DNA from: an uncultured Nitrospinaceae bacterium
GTDB lineage: Bacteria > UBA8248
DNA length: 64,000 nt
Direction of reading: 5' to 3'
Assembly: GCA_964005815.1 (NCBI GenBank)
Contig: CAXFSR010000049.1
Location: forward strand, 366-64,365
The translations under genes and the position numbers were made by a program. Below are positions 59,480 to 64,000 of the stretch, one piece after another. A model generated the notes under the pieces. It was not told the origin of the DNA, made no database searches, and worked only from the letters and a program-made list of their open reading frames with translations. Position 1 is the stretch's first letter, and each line of letters starts with the position of its first letter.

Positions 59480-61168
59480 CTAAAATTCTGAATATGCTCC
59501 TGGAGCAAGCGCTTTTATGTCAGTAACAACGTCTACAATAATGGGACCAGTTTTTGTTTTTAAGGCTGTCTGAAGTTTTGATTTAAGATCTTTTTCTTTT
59601 TCAATCCGAATTCCCTTAGCACCCATAGATTTCGCAACTTGGACAAAATTAGTTTTCTCGAAATGCCAAAGTTCATGCGCTTTACCGTGTTGTTTCCCAC
59701 CATACGCATCATCAAAAATTTTTGTTTCTTGATTTTGTGAACTATTGTTATTTACAAGAATAACCAAAGGGATTTTCCAACGAACTGCTGTCTCAATTTC
59801 TCCTATGTGATACCAGAAACCAGCATCCCCAGTAAAAAGGACAACTGGACGATTGGGGGCAGCACACTTAGCTCCGATTGCAGCAGGGAAACCCCACCCC
59901 AGATGACCCGCAGCTCTTATGAAACTATTCTCTCCGCCATTTAAATCAAGGTATCCACCTGTCCACATCCCAGAATGTCCGGTATCAGACAAGAGGATTG
60001 AATCATTTGGAAGAATATCTGAGAGAATCTGACAAACTCTCTCTGGTCTTATAGGATTTTTCTTTGAATTTAGCAAAGGAGCAAATTCTTTCCTCCAATT
60101 TGAAACTATTTTTTGGAATCTTTTTTTCCAATTTACTCTCTTACTATTTTGACTATCATCACAAAACTCAATTAATTTGCTTAAGGAGATTTTTGCATCT
60201 CCGTTAATAGATGCAAGCAAAGGATAATTTCTTCCAAGTTCTTCTGGGTCTATGTCTAACTGAATGGCAGAAACCCCGATCTTAGGAACCTTCCAAAAAT
60301 GAGTAGTCATTCCACCCGTTTTTGTACCTATAAAGAAAACAAGATCTGCTTCTGAAACAATTTGGTTCGCACTTCTTCTAGAATAACTACCGACAACACC
60401 AACAGATAGTTCATGATTGCCTGGAATAACTTCTTTAGCATTCATAGAAGTAGCGACCGGGATAGAAAGTTTTTCTGCAAGCTCCACTAGTTCTTTATGA
60501 GCTAAAGATGTACGCACACCTCCACCACAGACAATAACGGGCTTTTTACTAGAACTAAGTATTTTCGCCACTTTTTTTAACGAATCAATACTAGGCTCTG
60601 GACGATAGGCAGGAGTACACTTGAAATCTTCTTCTACAACAAGTTTAAGGTTTGCTTTCTTCTGTTCTATTTGTCCTAAATTTCCAGCAAATCTTAAATG
60701 CACTGGGCCAGGCGTACCAGATGTAGCTACTCTAAAAGCTTGTCTTAATAAATCAGGAAATCTTTCAACATCATCCACATATGCATTGAATTTCGTAACT
60801 GGATCGAACGCAGAAATATCTTCTACTTCTTGATATGGATTCCTATAACGAATCGATGGAGTTGTCCCACCTGTGAAAGCTATCACTGGCGAGGAAGCTA
60901 AATATGCTTCTCTAAGCCCCGCAGCGAGATTAACTCCTCCTACAATTTGCGCCATACAAATACCAGGGCGTCCGGATATTCGGGCATAAGCGTCAGCCAT
61001 ATATGCTGCAGATTTTTCTCCATGTGTTAAAACTCTAGAAATTCCCGTGTTCTTTTTATCCATTTGGGCCAAAGAATGGCTCAGAATTGTGGGAACGAAA
61101 AAAATATGCGTGACACCATATGCTTTCATAGTATCGGCCATAAACTCAGCACCTGACATTCTTGGCAT
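59480..61168 (-). CDS. thiamine-pyrophosphate enzyme (paralog of 53194-54867)
   Basis: 562 aa. RVLTHGEKSAAYMADAYAR... and the TGDAGFWYHIGEIETAVRWKIPLVILVNNN TPP motif. Confidence 0.8.
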   Translation of the reverse strand: MPRMSGAEFMADTMKAYGVTHIFFVPTILSHSLAQMDKKNTGISRVLTHGEKSAAYMADAYARISGRPGICMAQIVGGVNLAAGLREAYLASSPVIAFTGGTTPSIRYRNPYQEVEDISAFDPVTKFNAYVDDVERFPDLLRQAFRVATSGTPGPVHLRFAGNLGQIEQKKANLKLVVEEDFKCTPAYRPEPSIDSLKKVAKILSSSKKPVIVCGGGVRTSLAHKELVELAEKLSIPVATSMNAKEVIPGNHELSVGVVGSYSRRSANQIVSEADLVFFIGTKTGGMTTHFWKVPKIGVSAIQLDIDPEELGRNYPLLASINGDAKISLSKLIEFCDDSQNSKRVNWKKRFQKIVSNWRKEFAPLLNSKKNPIRPERVCQILSDILPNDSILLSDTGHSGMWTGGYLDLNGGENSFIRAAGHLGWGFPAAIGAKCAAPNRPVVLFTGDAGFWYHIGEIETAVRWKIPLVILVNNNSSQNQETKIFDDAYGGKQHGKAHELWHFEKTNFVQVAKSMGAKGIRIEKEKDLKSKLQTALKTKTGPIIVDVVTDIKALAPGAYSEF

Positions 61169-61216
61169 ATAAAAACTCCTTATCTCTTTTTAAATTTCAG
61201 AAACTACGTCTTATTT

Positions 61217-62011
61217 CTATAAACCTATTATCGCTTTAGCCTCGTCAACCGAAGCGATTTCTCTACCTAATATTTTTGCAATATTCGCTATTCGATTTAC
61301 ATGCTCTGGATTATCTCCAAAGACACCAGGACTTAGAAATGGCTCATCTTCTGTACCGACACGAACATGACCACCTTCCATTACGGCCATAGTCTCTAGG
61401 TGTAAATGAGTATTACCCGTAACGCTTGTAATGTATATTGAGTCCTCAGGAAGTGCAGAAACTCTATGCAAGAATTCTTTCATCGTCGCAGGTGACCACG
61501 CACCACCAGGTCTACCGAAAAATACTGTCATTAGTACTGGAGTTTTAATTAAATCTTTATCTAACAAATCATTGATCATCCATAATTCGCCGATACTAAA
61601 TACTTCAAATTCTGGTTTCACATTATAGTCAGCACAAAGTTTCATCATATCTGCAATTTCATCTCGGGGATGCAACATCATAACGTCACCCTGTAAAAAA
61701 GCCATATTATGCGCTCCAACCGCAACAGACATCATTTCAGGCTGAAACTTCACTACTTCACGTCTTTGTTCAAGAGTCTGCGTAGAAATTCCATACTGCA
61801 ACATAACGGGACAACAATCACGAATCGCTTTTGTATGATTTTCCCAAGCTTCATAATTTGTAGGAGGTGCGTGGATATGAGCGATACAAGAACCTGATTC
61901 CCATCCTTTTTTAACAGAACTCGCTAGAACTTCCGAATCATGGAATCTTTTTTCAACGCCTTCGTGCATAGATGTATCTGCTGCACAGTTTATAATCATA
62001 AGTTTTGACAT
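61217..62011 (-). CDS. beta-keto acid cleavage enzyme (BKACE/DUF849, 3-keto-5-aminohexanoate cleavage enzyme-like)
   Basis: 264 aa. KLMIINCAAD...HIH...GGHVRVGTEDEP matches the TIM-barrel BKACE signature. Confidence 0.65.
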   Translation of the reverse strand: MSKLMIINCAADTSMHEGVEKRFHDSEVLASSVKKGWESGSCIAHIHAPPTNYEAWENHTKAIRDCCPVMLQYGISTQTLEQRREVVKFQPEMMSVAVGAHNMAFLQGDVMMLHPRDEIADMMKLCADYNVKPEFEVFSIGELWMINDLLDKDLIKTPVLMTVFFGRPGGAWSPATMKEFLHRVSALPEDSIYITSVTGNTHLHLETMAVMEGGHVRVGTEDEPFLSPGVFGDNPEHVNRIANIAKILGREIASVDEAKAIIGL

Positions 62012-62036
62012 TAATAATCCCTCATTACTAAAAAAT

Positions 62037-62840
62037 TTAATTTAGCCCTAGAATTTGTTTGGTTTCATCAACAGTTGCAGGTTCTCTACCTAGTTCTTTT
62101 GAAATTCGAACCATTCTCGAAACAAGCTGTGCATTATCCTCGGCTAAGACCCCTTTTGTATAATAAGGTTCATCCTCCGTACCAACTCGGACATGACCTC
62201 CTTGAATAATAGAAACCGTTTCTAAAGCAACATTACTCAAACCAGCAGCACTAACAGAAAAAACAGAATTTTCAGGTAAATGTTCAATTCGATGCAACAG
62301 TTCTTTTAAAGTTGCTGGAGACCAAAATCCGCCTGGCCATCCGAAAAAAATGGTCAAAACGACCGGATTTTTTACTAAATCTTTCTCTAAGAGCCATTCT
62401 AAATTCCATAAATGTCCCAAATTAAAACATTCAAATTCTGGATGCACTCCATTGTCATTGAATAGTCTTACTTGATCTTCAATTTCCTGTCTTGAATGTT
62501 CAACTAACAAATCTGCATCAACAAACGCAAAATCATGAGAACCAAGAGCGATAGAAGCCATATCAGGTTTCAAATGAACTATTTTCTTTCTTCCTGGCAA
62601 ACCCATAGCAGCAATTCCGAATTGAATGAGAATTTCAGGACAAGCTTCTCGTACTGCATTCGTAAAAGGTTCCCAACTATCTAACTGCATTGGAATTCCA
62701 TGAATATGTGCTATCGAAGCACCTGCGTCGTAACTTGCCTTAATTTCACTTGCAAGAGATTCCGCAGTCTGAAGACGTTTTGGGACACCTGGATGCTTAC
62801 GACTATCTGCTGCACAATTAGTTATTATTAACTTTTCGAT
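62037..62840 (-). CDS. BKACE/DUF849 paralog, apparently initiating at a non-canonical AUC codon
   Basis: The ORF-track Met at 62690 is internal. The frame is open upstream to a TAG at 62853-62855. The upstream translation IEKLIITNCAADSRKHPGV...ASIAHIHGIP aligns with the paralog N-terminus MSKLMIINCAADTSMHEGV...CIAHIHAPP. An ATC sits exactly where the paralog has its ATG, and a perfect AGGAGG lies 8 nt upstream. Confidence 0.6.
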   Translation of the reverse strand: MEKLIITNCAADSRKHPGVPKRLQTAESLASEIKASYDAGASIAHIHGIPMQLDSWEPFTNAVREACPEILIQFGIAAMGLPGRKKIVHLKPDMASIALGSHDFAFVDADLLVEHSRQEIEDQVRLFNDNGVHPEFECFNLGHLWNLEWLLEKDLVKNPVVLTIFFGWPGGFWSPATLKELLHRIEHLPENSVFSVSAAGLSNVALETVSIIQGGHVRVGTEDEPYYTKGVLAEDNAQLVSRMVRISKELGREPATVDETKQILGLN

Positions 62841-62883
62841 GTTAACTTCCTCCTACAATAGAAAAGACTGGGAATAATAATGA

Positions 62884-63654
62884 TTAATCAATAGTACTTT
62901 CAGCGTATAACAAACCTCTAATCCTTTGGGTTAACTTAACAAATTCAGGATCTCCCATTGTCTTAAGATCTCGAGGACGTGGAATATCTACTGGAATGAT
63001 CTCCGCAATTTTTCCAGGTCTTGCTGTCATGACAACAATTCGATCTCCTAGAAAAACAGCCTCTGGTATACTATGAGTGATAAAGAAAACCGTTTTTTTA
63101 CTTTCTAACCAGATTCTCTGTAGTTCTAAATTCATTTGTTCTCTAGTCATAGCATCCAATGCACCAAAAGGTTCATCCATCAGAAGTAAACTGGGATCAT
63201 GAATTAATGCTCTAATTATAGAGTTTCTTTGCTTCATTCCACCTGATAATTCATGAGGGTATTTATCTTCAAATCCATCAAGACCAACCAAATTGATTAA
63301 TTCTTTAGCTCTTTTAGTTGTTACTTCTGAATCAAGATTTAAGATTTCAGAGGGAAGAAGTGTATTTTGTAATACAGTTCTCCAGAGAAGAAGAACAGGA
63401 TCCTGGAAAACAATTCCAACATCATTTCGAGGACCTTCAATCGCAGTATTATTTAAAGTAACCACTCCGGACGTTTTTGCTAAGAGACCACTTAAAATTT
63501 TTAATAATGTACTTTTGCCACAACCACTTGGCCCAACAACAGAGACAAACTCTCCTTCAGAAATATCCAAGTTTATGTCAGATAGAGCATGCACAATTTC
63601 ACCAGTTGAGGTGATGTATTCCTTTTCTAAATTTTTAACGGAAATGTAAGACAT
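62884..63654 (-). CDS. ABC transporter ATP-binding protein (nitrate/sulfonate/taurine NitT-TauT family)
   Basis: 256 aa. Walker A GPSGCGKST, signature LSGGMKQR and Walker B LLLMDEPFGALD. Overall TauB/SsuB-like. Confidence 0.85.
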   Translation of the reverse strand: MSYISVKNLEKEYITSTGEIVHALSDINLDISEGEFVSVVGPSGCGKSTLLKILSGLLAKTSGVVTLNNTAIEGPRNDVGIVFQDPVLLLWRTVLQNTLLPSEILNLDSEVTTKRAKELINLVGLDGFEDKYPHELSGGMKQRNSIIRALIHDPSLLLMDEPFGALDAMTREQMNLELQRIWLESKKTVFFITHSIPEAVFLGDRIVVMTARPGKIAEIIPVDIPRPRDLKTMGDPEFVKLTQRIRGLLYAESTID

Positions 63655-63684
63655 TTTTAAATTTCAATTTTAAGTTTTAAAAAA

Positions 63685-64000
63685 TTAAGTTCCTGTTGTT
63701 TGTTCTGTTTCTGGTGCCCAAAACAGTATTTTCTTTTTTGTAATTTGAACCATTTTATGCATCGCCAAACCAATCATTGAAAGCAAAACAAGAATCGCAA
63801 ATGTACCTGTTGTATCAGCTGCAAAACTCATTTGCATTAAGAGGACTCCTAATCCACATTGTCCTTTTCCACCCCACATACACATTCCTGCTCCTACAAA
63901 TTCTCCTAAAATAGCACCTAGTAAACTAAAGACTACTGCTATTTCAAATCCAGCAAAAATAAACGGTAGTGCATTAGGAAATTGCAATTTTCTAAATGTC
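63685..64000 (-). CDS. ABC transporter permease (TauC/SsuC-like), C-terminal part; gene continues beyond the window
   Basis: Hydrophobic C-terminal TM segments directly upstream of the ATPase gene. The reading frame is open to the window edge. Confidence 0.6.
   Translation of the reverse strand, partial: TFRKLQFPNALPFIFAGFEIAVVFSLLGAILGEFVGAGMCMWGGKGQCGLGVLLMQMSFAADTTGTFAILVLLSMIGLAMHKMVQITKKKILFWAPETEQTTGT

Noticed and set aside
1-64000. CRISPR arrays, transposases/IS elements, integrases or phage genes that would mark the catabolic island as mobile.
   Set aside because: There are no direct-repeat/spacer periodicity, transposase or integrase-like ORFs, or flanking tRNA. The island's paralogy looks like in-place duplication.

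Overview
This is an AT-rich bacterial chromosomal window (roughly one-third GC by eye), probably from a marine, selenium-using organism, with dense coding on both strands and no rRNA, tRNA, CRISPR or transposase signal.

The first ~33 kb is mostly housekeeping:
- partial LLM-family oxidoreductase gene at the left edge;
- aconitase A, a PaaI-type thioesterase, two hypothetical genes and rlmN;
- a HAD phosphatase, an EamA transporter, a VOC-family protein, an orphan 542-aa hypothetical and a ComB-like phosphatase;
- the conserved xseA-xseB-ispA-dxs-tlyA block and folD;
- cysE-nifS-nifU;
- a greA / His-rich membrane protein / fused ferredoxin-molybdopterin oxidoreductase operon;
- hydantoinase A and B flanked by two aminotransferases;
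- maf, ispB, thiI, an aldo-keto reductase and msrA.

From about 34 kb onward the content is accessory-like: a catabolic island rich in paralogs. It carries two CocE/NonD hydrolases, two TPP enzymes, two family-III CoA-transferases, two acyl-CoA dehydrogenases, two inverted pairs of split MaoC-type hotdog hydratases, two BKACE-like enzymes, several dehydrogenases and a TauB/SsuB-like ABC importer.

Three points stand out:
- selD carries an in-frame UGA (selenocysteine) that the ORF track truncated, with a downstream SECIS-like stem-loop.
- An OsmC/Ohr-like peroxidase gene is split in the ORF track by an in-frame UGA at the peroxidatic-cysteine position, with a GC-rich hairpin just downstream. 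This is a candidate selenoprotein.
- The molybdoenzyme operon has an unusual fused Fe-S/catalytic-subunit architecture and a putative heme-b membrane partner, translationally coupled to greA.
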